64,000 nucleotides of DNA. Origin: Azolla caroliniana (taxonomy: Eukaryota > Plantae > Polypodiophyta). Numbering within the stretch: position 1 is the first letter of the stretch; every line of letters starts with the position of its first letter. The translations under genes were made by a program, and so were the position numbers. The stretch is from the NCBI GenBank assembly GCA_043228905.1, contig JBHGNT010000013.1, positions 9,672,001-9,736,000 of the forward strand, read 5' to 3'. The notes beneath the pieces are model-generated. The model searched no databases, was not told the DNA's origin, and was given only the letters and a program-made list of their open reading frames with translations. Of the stretch, positions 46,901-60,229 are shown piece after piece.

Positions 46901-49627
46901 TCATCGGGGACATGCACAAATGCAATGCTGCCAAAAACCTTCAAGTGCAAAAGGTCTAGCTTTGTCCCAAAATACTTCTCGTGAGGGGTGATGTCATGGA
47001 CACCCTCGGTTGTGCACCTATTGATGAGATACACAGTCGTAATTGCTGCCTCTGCCCAATAGATCTTGGGCATGTTCTTCTCATGCAGCATGGCGCGGGC
47101 CATCACAAGAATTGTTCGATTCTTCTGCTCAGCAACACCATTTTGCTGTGGTGTGTATGGGCAAGAGAATTCTCGACGAATCCCCTTCTCTTCCAGAAAG
47201 GTCTTGAACTCAATTGAGAAGTATTCTTGGCCACCATCAAACCGTAAGCATCGAATCTTGCGATTTGTCTCATTTTCCACGCAATTCTTTAACTTGAGAA
47301 AGTGGGAGAAGACCTCACTTTTCGACTTCATCGGGCATATCCAGGTATGCCGCGAATAGTCGTCAATGAAGGTAACGAAGTACCTACACCCACCAATTTT
47401 CGTTTTTTGAGCTGGGCCCCATACATCTGAGTGGATGACGTCCAACAAGCCTTTACTCACATTTCTTTCGCTTAGGAATGGATGCCTATGTTGCTTGCCT
47501 AGTTGGCACGCCTCACATACATTATCAGGATGTTTCGAAGTAAATTGTGGCAATCCGTGCGCAACCCCTTTTGTTTGCATTGATCGGAGTTTACCGAGGT
47601 TTACATGCCCAACCCTTTTGTGCCACAACTCAATATCAGACTTTGCCTTGAGTCCCTTTGCATACATTGTTGTGTTCACCTCCGTCGCATCAAGAATAAA
47701 CATGCGACCTTCTCTTCTTGCATGAGCGATAAGTTGGCCTTTATCCTCGATGAAGCAACCTTCCTGGTTGAATCGCATTTGCATTCCTTGTTCGACAATT
47801 TGGCCAACCGAGACCAAATTCTTTGTGATTGTCGGTACATGCAATACATCCTTCATGTAGCCCTTGTTGTCATGATTGTTAAGGGCCACATCTCCAATGT
47901 GCTCAATCATGTGTGTGGAGTCATCACCAGTCTCCACCACACCGGGTTTCTCGGGTTCCCTCAAATTCATGAATCATTCTTGATGACTTGTCATGTGATT
48001 TGAGGCACCTGAGTCCACGAACCATACATCATCAGGTTGGGAAACACTTGTTATCATGTTATTCGCCCGGTGTCGCATAACAAACATCGGCGCTTTGTTT
48101 TCTAGGTCAACGATCACAACATAGATTGTTTGCTACCGGGGTGAGGCAGCTGAGTCATTCTTCTTTTTCCGACACTCAGCTTCAAAGTGGCCAGGCTTTC
48201 CACAATACCAACACTCGGTTTGCTGGTTCTGCCTGGTTGATGCAGGCTGGTGGAAGCTCCCCTTTCTATCGGAATTCCCTTGGTTGTTTCGACCTTCTTG
48301 CTACCTGGAATTAAACTGTTGTGGACCTCGTCCACCTCTTCCTCGGCCATTCCTCCCCTGATTTCCATGACCACGATCGTGACCTCGACTGAGATCATCA
48401 TGTGTATATAGCATCTGCCCATCAGATACTGTGCTTTTCGATCGTGTATGGTTCTCCTCAACCATTAGCATGGATTGCAAGTCGAAAAAGCTTGGGGGGT
48501 TCTCCCTTATTGTTATGGCAGTTTGAAATGAGCCATATTTTTGTGCAAGGCCGCCAAGACAGATATGCACCATCTCGTCATCATCAACTACGACATTGAT
48601 GGAGCCAAGCGAATCGCATAAGTCTTTGATCCGGAGGTTATAGTCCGTCACGGACATATCCCCCTGCCGAATATTGTTCAACTCCTGCTGGAGTTGAAGT
48701 TTTCTCGCTGTGGTTGAAGCCACGAAAATCTTCTTCAAGTTTTTCCACGCTTCTGTTGGGGCTTTCGCATCTCGAATATAGCTTAACATGTGATCTTCCA
48801 CACATGTTGCCAAATAATACATTACCCTACTGGCGCCTTGTTGCCATGTGGGGTAGTTGGGACTTGTAATATCGAGGGTTGTTTCCTGAGCTCCTTCGAT
48901 ATAACTCTAATACCCTTGCCCAACTAAGTACTGTTGCATCTTATATTCCCAAGATGCGTAGTTATGCTTGTCCAACTTCTCTGTTGGAAGTGCGCTACCC
49001 ATTTGTGCATTCATTTTTTTATTTAGCTTGACTCATATGATCCTGTTAAAGTGAGCCTCTTGTTGTGCAAAACTGCAGCGACAATAGCAGGTTTTAAAAC
49101 AACATCTCTAGCTACTCACACAGTTTCAATGGTAGAGCTCAGTGAAGGATCTCTAACCCTCACGCGTTGATACCATGTAAAGAATCTAAGTCTAGTAGAG
49201 TTTGGTATTCAGAAGCGTAGTGTGTGTGTGTGTGTGTGTGTGTGAAAGAGAGAGAGAGTGAATGTATAAGCAAGAGAAGGAATTACAGAGAATAACCAGA
49301 AAAATAAGAAAACACACAGTATGGGGATGACAACTTATGCACTTAAGAGAGCTATATTAATTATCTAAAGATCATCAACTAAACTGAATGGCCAAAGGGG
49401 GTTTTATATACAAGTCCTCAAGGGACTGCCCTATTAAATGTGTTGGTGGAATCTAACCAAGATATCCACTTGAGGACAATTTTGTCATAAGAATGTCTAA
49501 TATTGTTTGACCACACTAACACTCAACAACTACACGGATTACAATAAAGTGTGCTCACACACTTTTTCATACATCGTCCTTTTCTTTACAAGCACATGTT
49601 CACACAAGTTGAGCTTGATTCTCAACA
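43968..49627 (-). mobile_element. Full-length Ty1/Copia element with a disrupted ORF
   Basis: LTRs 43968-44450 and 49176-49627. TSD ATATC. PBS TGGTATCA at 49168-49175. PPT TGAGGGGGCG. Order is gag, PR, INT, RT, RH. Confidence 0.96.
44685..49014 (-). pseudogene. Copia gag-pol (UBN2-type gag, [34 protein letters not shown], RNase H) with stops and frameshifts
   Basis: ORFs 48301, 46693, 46153, 45854, 45594 and 44685. Confidence 0.95.
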
Positions 49628-50779
49628 ATATCATTCAAAGATACTATGGTGAATATAATCAAGAAGTTGTGGAAAATATTATTTGCCACATGCTGAAAAA
49701 TTGTTGGTGCATTTGTGACACCGACAAGCATAACCGTGTACATACTCAAAGTATGCATATTGAAGCTCCCCATGCAAATAGTGGCTTCAGAGATAGATAT
49801 ATAATGTAGATAAAGATATAATATTTGTGGGTAGAGCTTCAAAGGAATATACATACTCAAATTTCGGTTTAAAGGACCAACAAGACAGTTCCATTGCTTT
49901 TTGTCTTCGGTGATCTTGAACACTCTTGATTCGTTACCTTGAGCCCATTCAAGATGTTGGATTTTTGTTATTTATTCTCAAACTCTTGACCTTTCATTCA
50001 TAGTGTAAGCTCTTGACGCTTGAGCTAAGGGTTTTTTTTTATTTTTTCTCTCTACATCCCCTATTATTGTTACGATATTGTTTGGGTTGTAGCCAATTTG
50101 TCAATAGAAATAAATCATTTTTTTCCAAATTGCTTAGTTTTTTCCTTTCTGTGATCCATTAGGTAGTAGGAACAATCAGAAAGGAAATTTTTGATCTTTC
50201 ATACTGCGAGAGTCATTGGTTGGAATCCAATAGTAGGTAAAACCTATTAGATATCATGATTATTAGACTAATATTGAATAAGTTCTACAAATATGTGAGA
50301 TATAGATGTACGATAATTTTGGGGTAATGTCTCAATACTATAAACTTCATCTTATTTCATGACCTTGCAATACCTTTGCCTTATCCTTCCATCGTTAGTC
50401 TAACTCGTTTTCGTATGTGCACTCTCCACATCACAATAGTGATCTTCAAGAGCGTTATAAATTGGAACCTTCTTCTTAGATGCATGATTTGGATGATGAA
50501 ATAATGATTGAGGGAAAAGAGATTGGGAAATTGAATATGAGGGCATTGAGTCGACAATAAGAAAACAAACATATGGAGGACAAGTCAGATGCCATCAATT
50601 CGGCAATCAACAAGGATTAACATGTGACGATGTTGTGATGTGTCGTGCTCAGAGGTGGGAAAAAGAAAAAAAAGGGGGCTACAGATTGTGAATATGCATT
50701 TATGAAAATAAGAATATAATAACTAAAGGTGAATGGTCATGTGGTTAGAGCCATTGACTAAGTATTATAGGTGGAGACA

Positions 50780-51323
50780 TTGAATCTTTGCCAACCACAT
50801 AAATTAAGGAGTATTTATTCCTTTTTTTAGAAAAAATAGGAATATTCGCATTTAATGCAAATGAGGTGTCTCTCTGCCTATAAATGGAATAGACTAGATT
50901 GTCGGCTTCTAGGTGGGACAGTCGAGTCGACCAATCGACCGAATAACTGCAATTATTATGATTATCTAATAACACTAACCTATTCACATGTATAAATATG
51001 TAGAGCTAGGGCAAACTTTATTGTAAGAGCATAAATGATGTAGTAGAACTATGCAGAGTGTGTATTGTAGAGCTAAAGAGAGAAGGTAGGAGACATGAGT
51101 GAAAGTGAGTTAGAGATGGCAAAGTTTAGTGGAACTTGCCAAAACCCTAAAGGGGGTGTATTCTCTATTTTCAGAGATTTGTAACCTTTCTCTTGTACTT
51201 CCCTCTCTTCATAGTGAAAGTCTGTTGGTCCGTGGTTTTCCCCTATTATAGGGTTTCCATGTAAATCTTGAGTACTGTGTATTTTGCGGTTTTTCAATCT
51301 TTTCTTTGTTCTGTGTATCAACA
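50780..51323 (+). mobile_element. Probable Copia LTR remnant
   Basis: GTGGTTTTCCCC...GGGTTTCCATGTAAATCTTG...TCAACA motif and an upstream AGGTGGAGA PPT-like tract. No TSD. Confidence 0.45.
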
Positions 51324-51369
51324 GAGTCTATTTGCTTGTTGATTTATACGGTCCACAACCTATCAAATT

Positions 51370-51700
51370 ACACACGCTCACACTACAAGCATATAGATTA
51401 AAGAAGGAGAATGTGCACTGATACACCCATTCATATACATGGTCTCACGAGTGCAATTCTAAGTGCGGCCATACTACTAACCAACATGTGAAAAACAAGA
51501 GATCTCAGTTGTGCATTCATACATTAATATATAAACGTTGCTATCTTTCCTAAACAAACAATGCCACAACTTATTTTCACACTCTCACACTACAAGCATC
51601 GATTAAAGAGGGAGAATTTCGCATGCATGCACCCATTCGCATACATGGTCTCACAACTACAATTCTAAGTGCAACCATACTACCAACCACATACGAAATA
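51370..51700 (+). repeat. Diverged direct duplication (~210-bp period)
   Basis: CTCACACTACAAGCAT..GATTAAAGA..CACCCATTC..ATACATGGTCTCAC..CAATTCTAAGTGC occurs twice. Confidence 0.7.
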
Positions 51701-54644
51701 ATTGGGTATGGACCTCCAACCACCTCAAACCACATGTTGCATCTAACTACAAAACATATTCTTCATCAAATGTAGAAGCCACACATCAATAGATTTTAGA
51801 GCCCATCCCATTTGTCAACGCCATCAGAACCATTACTTCCATGGGGGCACTTAGTTCACACTCACTTAGATGCGAGATAGGATGTTGGGGGCACATATAC
51901 ACATACAATATATATCTGTGTGTCATAATATAAGCCTAGTAAATACAAATATACACACATCCATATGATATATACATACATGCATATATATAATTTTATA
52001 AACATACATGAACAAGTAGCATCCTATATTTTCAAGTTTTAAATTTTATTTATATGACAAGGGACATTCCAAATTCGTGTTTCTTTATTATCATTCTCAA
52101 ATCTAGCACAATCTAGCCATCGATCTTGTGATACCAAGTAATTTTTTGTTTTTTGCCTCTCATGTAAATTATATACACATACATACATACATACATACAT
52201 GTTGCGCTTTTTCCAAATTTTAAAAACAATTGACTAAAGAGGGAGATTCAAAATGTCTACTTTCTTATGCGTAATCTAAGACTTCCTCTTCGTCTTCTCT
52301 ACAGATGACCGTAGCTCAAGTATGATCCCACCCTCAATTCCCTACCATCACTTAGTTCTCTATCTCATGCTCTCATAAATACATACATGTAGCATGTGTT
52401 TATACATACATGCATACATATAATATTGTTTGTTTTTCTCTCTTTCTTTAAATTTCGTAAATGCCACGTTAACATTGTGTTTTTTTACTCTAAACATCAC
52501 ATAATTTACGAGGCTAAATGTGACTCTAAACTACAACTACAACTCAACATTGGGTTAGTGTGGGCTACATGGTGTTGTGATACAATGTCTTTCGAAGGGA
52601 GAAACACACAAAAAGGGCAAGTTGTACATTAACCCAAGAATATGGTCGAAGTGGTCACCAAAAGGAATAGGGAAATGACCAAATTGAAAATCACACAATT
52701 ATAGCTCAAATTGCCATAGCTATTCGCTACCAAGGTTCAATACCTATTCGCAAGCTTTGGTGATAAAAAGAAAGATGATGACGTTGTGGATCATGAGGGC
52801 ATTTGAAAGTCCTAGGACACATAGGCAATGTTGTTATTGATCGTATACTCACCATTCTGCAACAAGACCACACGGAACGCCTCAACAACCAAGGAGACAA
52901 AATCATATATTGTAAACTAGTCACTTCAAATCAAGGTCTCTAGTTTTGGAATTTGAATGCTCATGCCTCGACAACAAACCAAATCATGAAGGCACATGGA
53001 AGGCCTACCACAACCAAGGCAACATTGTCTGCATTGGTCATAGACTCGCAATGCCAAATCAAAGAAATTCCATGAATTTTTACCTATCTAGATTTGTGTG
53101 AACTACGCATGAGGAAAGATATATCAAATGGGAGACAATGGAATCCCTTGTGAAGGCATTGTAAGTTGATCATGTAAGCTTGACATGGAAGAAGTTTGTT
53201 GCAAGACTCTCATTAGTAAGTTTTTCTTTCTTATGGAACTTTTGAAGACATTCTTTCCATAGGCCATGAGAGCCATTCATCCATAATGCCTCAACACAAA
53301 AGAAGTGAGAAGTTGAGAACACATTCACATGTACTCGTGGAATCTACAAATATGCTCTTTCATGTGGGCCTGAGTAGACTACCCGTCTCCTACTACTTCG
53401 TTTTATGCTTATTAAAAGGGAACATTACGGGATTTATGTTTTTATGTTACCCTAATCTTAAATATAGGAAAAGTGGGTTCAACTTTGGATCAAGATGAAA
53501 AGATTCTATGTTATGTGTAAGTAGAGGTATTCTAACCTGTTGTTTTGAATCTTGTGATCTTCTCTTGGGAAACACTCATGTGTCAAACTGCTGAGTTCAA
53601 CCTTCTGTCAAGATCGACACAATTGTGATGAACAATGCTCAAGATTGAGCATTGCTACACTGGAGTAGCATCATTCGCTATTACAAAAGACTGCAATACC
53701 ATCCCTTGAAGATGAGGAGACCTTTGTCGAATCTCCTCTTCTTGTAACCTACCTTCTCAAACTTCTACTCAACCTGAAGCTTGACATAGAGCCTAGGGTT
53801 CATGTTGGCTACCCCTCTTCTTCAAATTTCTTAGTATGTGTCCCCTAAACACTAAACCCTAAAGCCCCTCATTTCTAACAATAATAAAACTCACATACAT
53901 CAATACAAGCAAAAATCCTTACATGTACAAAAACACAAATCCACATAAGTACCCAAAGAAAAATACCCACACATACATTCCATATTTATTTACGTTCACA
54001 CACACATATACCAATGCACATTATGCAAATCCATCTAATTACATAAGAATTAGAGGTCAATCCAAGTTAAGTCACATGCACAAATATTTAATGCCTAAAC
54101 TAACACACATACTCATAGATTTGACATTAAATGCACATATATACTCACATAAAACACAAATGTGGCTATCATTCACCAACAAACAATTCCCTATCTTCTT
54201 GGCCATACACAATCTTACATGCAAATCTGCCATGCAAGCGAATATAAAGTGGGAGAATTCACAATCATGCACCATCCACACACATGGTCTTATTCGCACA
54301 ATTTTAAATGATCTCGCATATTCTAAAATTCATGCACCATCCACACACGTTGTCTTATTTGATCGTCGGCTTCCATACCACCCTTGAATGTTCAAATTCA
54401 ACAAATCCTAATGCTAGAATCTTTAGATTCATCTTCCCTAGTTTGGAACCAGAACGATATTGATCATTTTCGCATGCATGCATGAAATTTTCGCAACAAG
54501 TGAACAAATGAATTCAATGGGTATTGGATGTTGAAGTGCATATACAACTTGACAAACCTTTAGAGCTTTCAATCACTTCGCGCTAACAATGGATCTTTGC
54601 TTCAATGTAGAGTTGCAAGCAAACATTGTTTGTGAGTTGCGGTT

Positions 54645-55042
54645 TGTTGAGCGAGCAAGCCCAAGCGGATCCGGATCAGATGAAGAAGCCTGAGCCGGAT
54701 CGGAAAGCCGGATTCGAGCGGGAACCGGAAGCCTAGTAGTAGCCTAGACTACTAGGTAATCATTGTCTCGTAGTTAGTGTCAGTCGCACGTAGGAATATT
54801 GAAGTACCTGTCACTACTTCTGTCAGTCCTTTATGGACTTGTATAAATAGTGTTGTTTAGCACGTTGTATGTACAAAGCTTGAGAGTTTTTCTTTTTTTG
54901 AATCTACGATTATGTTCTGCTCTCTTTGTCTCTCCCACGTATACTCTATGTACTAAGCTTCTCCATTAAACCTTCATCTTATTCTCTGTTGCTATCCAGC
55001 TGAGCCGGTTCTGTCTAACACTTCCGCACGTTTACATTCACA
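54645..55042 (+). mobile_element. Solo LTR
   Basis: TGTTGA...TTCACA with TSD CGGTT, internal TATAAATA, and CTTCCGC near the 3' end. Confidence 0.8.
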
Positions 55043-55137
55043 CGGTTTACCATATATTTCTCATTTCTTCATTTTGATGTCCTGCTGACATGTTGGGTGT
55101 TATAGCGGTTATTGATTCTAACATTTGCAAAAAAAAT

Positions 55138-56832
55138 CTCGCCTGATTATATACCATGGTGTGCAAAACTATGCAACGAAGTCTAGAATGCCATGTGGTT
55201 AAGGCAGAGTGTCTTAAGTCGATTGTTTACATCCATTGAGTATTCATGATAATAAAGGTCAAAAGTATATCTATTGATTTTATTCTTGGACTACCTCAAA
55301 TACAAAGCACATGAGGTTAGATGTTTTTTGTTGATTGAACTAAATGGGTTATCGCCTGATTATATACCGTGGTGTGCAAAATTATGCAACGAAGTCTAGA
55401 ATGCCATGTGGTTAAGGCAGAGTGTCTTAAAGTTGGTTGTGTACATCCATTGAGTACTCATGATAATAAAGGTCAAAAGTATATCTATTGATTTTATTCT
55501 TGGACTACCTCAAATACAAAGCACATGAGGTTAGATGTTTTTTGTTGATTGAACTAAATGGGTTGTCACCTGATTATATACCGTGGTGTGCAAAATTATG
55601 CAACGAAGTCTAGAATGCCATGTGGTTAAGGCAGAGTGTCTTAAGTCGATTGTTTACATCCATTGAGTATTCATGATAATAAAGGTCAAAAGTATATCTA
55701 TTGATTTTATTCTTGGACTACCTCAAATACAAAGCACATGAGGTTAGATGTTTTTTGTTGATTGAACTAAATGGGTTATCGCCTGATTATATACCGTGGT
55801 GTGCAAAATTATGCAACGAAGTCTAGAATGCCATGTGGTTAAGGCAGAGTGTCTTAAAGTTGGTTGTGTACATCCATTGAGTACTCATGATAATAAAGGT
55901 CAAAAGTATATCTATTGATTTTATTCTTGGACTACCTCAAATACAAAGCACATGAGGTTAGATGTTTTTTGTTGATTGAACTAAATGGCTTGTCACCTGA
56001 TTATATACCGTGGTGTGCAAAATTATGCAACGAAGTCTAGAATGCCATGTGGTTAAGGCAGAGTGTCTTAAAGTTGGTTGTTTACATCCATTGAGTACTC
56101 ATGATAATAATGGTCAAAAGTATATCTATTGATTTTATTCTTGGACTACCTCAAGTACAAAGCACATGAGTTTAGATGTTTTTTGTTGATTGAACTAAAT
56201 GGGTTGTCGCCTGATTATATACCGTGGTGTGCAAAATTATGCAACGAAGTTTGGAATGCCATCTGTTTAAGGCAGAGTGTCTTAAAGTTGGTTGTTAAAC
56301 AACCATTGAGTACTCCTGATATAATCAAGGTCAAAAGTATATCTATTGATTTTATTCTTGGACTACCTCAAATACAAAGCACATGAGTTTAGATTTTTTT
56401 TGTCGATTGAACTAAATGGGTTGTCGCCTGATTATATATCATGGTGTGCAAAATTATGCAACGGAGTTTGGAATGCCATGTAGTTAAGGCATCATGTCGT
56501 AAAGTTGGTTGTTTACATCCATTGAGTACTCTTGCTAATAAAAGGTCAAAAGTATATCTATTGATTTTATTCTTGGACTACCTCAAATACAAAGCACATG
56601 AATTTAGATGTTTTTTGTTGATTGAACTAAATGGGTTGTCGCCTAATTATCCAACTAAAAGTTTGCAATGCCATGTTGTCAAGGCAAAGTCGCTTAAAGT
56701 TGGTCTTTACATCCACCGAATATTCTCAATAATAAAGATTAAAAGTACGTCTATTGATTTTATTCTTAGACTACCTCAAATTGAGAGTGTAGGACCCTAG
56801 ATGGTTTTTGTTGACGGAACTAAATGGGTTGT
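55138..56832 (+). repeat. Tandem array of about 8 units of 213-217 bp derived from a Gypsy integrase sequence
   Basis: CCTGATT/CCTAATT anchors at 55142, 55355, 55569, 55782, 55996, 56210, 56427 and 56642. Confidence 0.95.
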
Positions 56833-57737
56833 CTAGATTTATTTCAACTAAATCCTTAGTAACAAATCATGATCTAGCTTACCAATTCATTGAATATTCA
56901 TGTCTCTACAAGTTACTAAGGAATATAATAAGCGGTAAAAGATCCTAAAGTCTTTTCTAATGATTTTCAGATTCTTAAGTCTATGAAGAGCTACAATCAC
57001 TATCAATAAGATCAGAATGAATTAAAAAAATTATGTTCATGAGTTTGGGGGTCTTTTGATCTAGCGCCTTGGTTAAAACAACTTTTTTTTTTCAAGTATG
57101 ATTGACACATTCAGATTCCTATTATGGTATGTGTCCATGTTCCCACCAAGCAACTATAGCATTGGCACAATAGAAAACATGAATTTTATTTGAATACTAA
57201 TGATGACATCAAAATATAATAATACAAATGAACGTACCAGAAACATAGACATGCTTTGAAACTAAGATCCACAGGTTAGAATGAGTCATACTCATAAGTC
57301 AATTGTTAAAGAGAAACATCTTCAATACAGCATGCTTTATTTTCTAGTATCTAGTGTCATACTGTATATTTGAGGTAGTTTCTCATTAAATAGTTTATTT
57401 CTCATTATTCATTAAACTCTTAACAGTTATGATTCTTATGAACATCAATGTTAAGAAACTGTAGCAGCAGTATAGACTTGAATTCAGAATGTTTGTGATA
57501 CAAGGAAATAAATATAAGCATCAAAGTGAACAAGAGTAACCTTCAAAATATTGATCCCTCTACCGAGACAATATCCTTCCTTGCAATCGTGATTTTGAAG
57601 ACAGAATTACTTCAGATGATATCCAACTATATTTAGCTGCTATCGAAAACTAATTGGTCATGTAAACAAATGTAAGTTGGTCATCTCATGAAAAGCTCAT
57701 TCCATCATGAAAAAGAAAAAGAAAAGGATAGTTCTCT

Positions 57738-58913
57738 CTAAGTCTTTTGGATAATGACTGCATTGGCAAGACCTGCTGCTTCTATGGTGAGTGCTGCATC
57801 ATTCAATATTTTTGGAGGAAAGTCCATAGTCTGCAGTTGATATATCCTTGTACTGCCAGGCCGTGCTGCATCAATAAAACGTCGAATATCGGAAATAGTC
57901 TGATTATGATTGAATCGGGCAACCATTCGAGTACCATCAGAAAGCCTGAGCTGAATAGATGTCACTGGCAACGATTCATCTACAATAAGACCTTGTGAGG
58001 AGCCTATGTTTGGATTATGGACCAACATTGGTTCGCTGTCATTAGTTGCTGAGGAGCTCCCTAATGTTCTCCCAACCCCTTGGAAAGCTGCTTGTTTAGT
58101 TTCCAACGGTGGCTACCATTCAAAATGAATAAACAAAAAAAAGTGGAGTCCTCAGATTAAAATTTTAAAGAAGTGAATTAATTCGCATCTCAAACATTTA
58201 AGCTATAGAAAAAACACCAAAACACTCATTACTTGTTGGGTATTTACCAGGCAAGTTACGGATACTTACTACAATACCAACAAGTTTATTAGTTACCATA
58301 ATATGCCTCTATAGTGGTAAATTCTGCAGCATTGAAAAATGTTCTCCTAGCTTTTTAAAACTCAGGAGCATTTTGATCAATACAGAGCAAGTTAAAAGTA
58401 TTTTAGCATTTTTCTCATAAATATACCTGCCAATCCGATTCCCTTCGCACAAGGTTTACATGTACAGGAGTACCACGCTCTGCTGGTTCCAGCTCCTTAG
58501 GGCACTCAGATTTGCCAATGCTCTAATAAAATGAAAATAATATAATTTAGTATTCCCAGATAATTACTGATCAAATTTGACGAAAATAGAGCATGATTAC
58601 CGTCAAGAATTGGGCATTAGCAGGATCATCAATCCTCCTCAATGGTCCATCATCTACCGTAAAACCATTTCTATAAAAGATTATATTGCGGATTATAGGA
58701 TCTGGTTGTTGTGATGGTTGTCTCTGAGTGGTTCCCGGAAGTACTGGAGGTGTTGGTTCTCCGGTGAGAGTTCTTCCTACCCCTGTAAATGTGCTCCTAC
58801 CAGAACGAGTTTGAGGAGGCTCAGAAGGCCCTTCTTGAGCACCCATTCTTCTGGCCTGCTCAAAAATAGCATCAACACGGTTTCCTTTCTGTGGATCCTG
58901 TACCATCATGCCA
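57738..58913 (-). CDS. Plant UBX domain-containing protein (p47/NSFL1C, PUX3/4/5-like): last three exons 58913-58601, 58522-58427, 58112-57738; 5' exons not found and probably beyond the window
   Basis: SEP domain ([14 protein letters not shown]...[11 protein letters not shown]), SHP boxes ([17 protein letters not shown]) and UBX domain ([12 protein letters not shown]...FPPK). GT-AG junctions are in phase. Confidence 0.93.
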
Positions 58914-60229
58914 CTGGAGCAAACCAAGCCAACACATTTATATTAGAATACAATCTATGGCTAACACATGAATATCCCAACTTTTCATGGTAACAATGAA
59001 ATCTATCAACAAACATTACTGCTATGGAGGCAGGATATGAAGACATGCATAGTTCGCTTCAACAATTAACAAGATTTATCGTAACTTTTACTGTTCTAAA
59101 TGTTTAGAGATATATTTTAGTACAAAACTTTATTCATAGTGTTCTAAACTTTACATTAATTGTATCATGTGTGCAGAGAACCCCACAATTTTGACGGGTT
59201 CCGTGACCAAAGACCTTTATGCGTGTGAATGAGCATGTGTTCATTCCTGGACATATGCACAAAGATACACATAGGACCACTTTTTCCATATATCTAAGAA
59301 ACTTGCAACACATTGTTATGCTGTTCTGATAACATCTTTACTTGTGCATATGTAAGGAGGCAAAGAAATAAAATGGGCATGTAATTTCCATTAAATAAAG
59401 CTCTATAAACATATTAAAAGAAACAAGCAAAACTATTAATGGTATGACATGATCTAAAATTAATAGCATGAATCAAATGGTATTGATAGAGTTAAATAAA
59501 AAAATTTAATCTTTGCACTGTTTTCCTTTTCAACATAATGTCAAAAAACAAGAGTGCAAGGTTTGGGGTCAATCAGGAGGGTTTCCACATATTCAGCTGA
59601 AGATAAGAGAGTAGAAAGAATGGCAGCTCGTGGAGGAAATAGATGGCATCAGGTCTGCAAGACCTGCAGAAGTGTGATCAAATGCACATACATCAGGAGA
59701 CAATTGGCTCCTGAATAGTGCCACAAGATGGATTATAATGAATTCCTGAACAACATCAAAGATGTGGTTGCCACAGTATGGAACAACTGAGATGTCCAGC
59801 TGATGAAGTGAATCAATATATGTGAGGATTCATGGTGGTGGAACAACGTGCTTGATAAATGTATTTTCTTTCACAAATCCGTTGGAATCTATTGTAGGAA
59901 TTGAAGTTAGCAGATGCCAGTTTAGAGGTAACCTTCTGCAAGTCAAGTGCATAAATCATAACATGGCCAGACAACTAGTTGAATCTGTTGATCACTTTAA
60001 GTCATGGACAAGTGCACGAGCGCTGTGGGTGGATGTATGGAATCTACACCTTGGGCACCTGAGTTTCCAAATCTAGCAAAACACAGAAGCAGACCAAACC
60101 AATAATCTTCTTGGACTAGTTGAAGTGCCAGGTAAGTGTGAGGTTTGCATGCCGGGCAAGAAACACCAAAAGTCTTTTTCACAGGAGACTAAGTGAAATG
60201 TCTACCCTAGAGTTGGTCCATGCCAACAC

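Larger units (their letters stand above)
43520..49930 (-). pseudogene. Old Gypsy RT fragment (similar to the 2555-8227 pol) split by the Copia insertion; pieces at 43520-43967 and 49628-49930
   Basis: YTVMLVGVTNAPTIFQHVANNIF...SLND|ILIY and LKQAFTSDPILA. Confidence 0.75.

Noticed and set aside
53923-54387. 154-aa His/Thr-rich ORF
   Set aside because: Arises from CA-rich low-complexity sequence with no domain signal.
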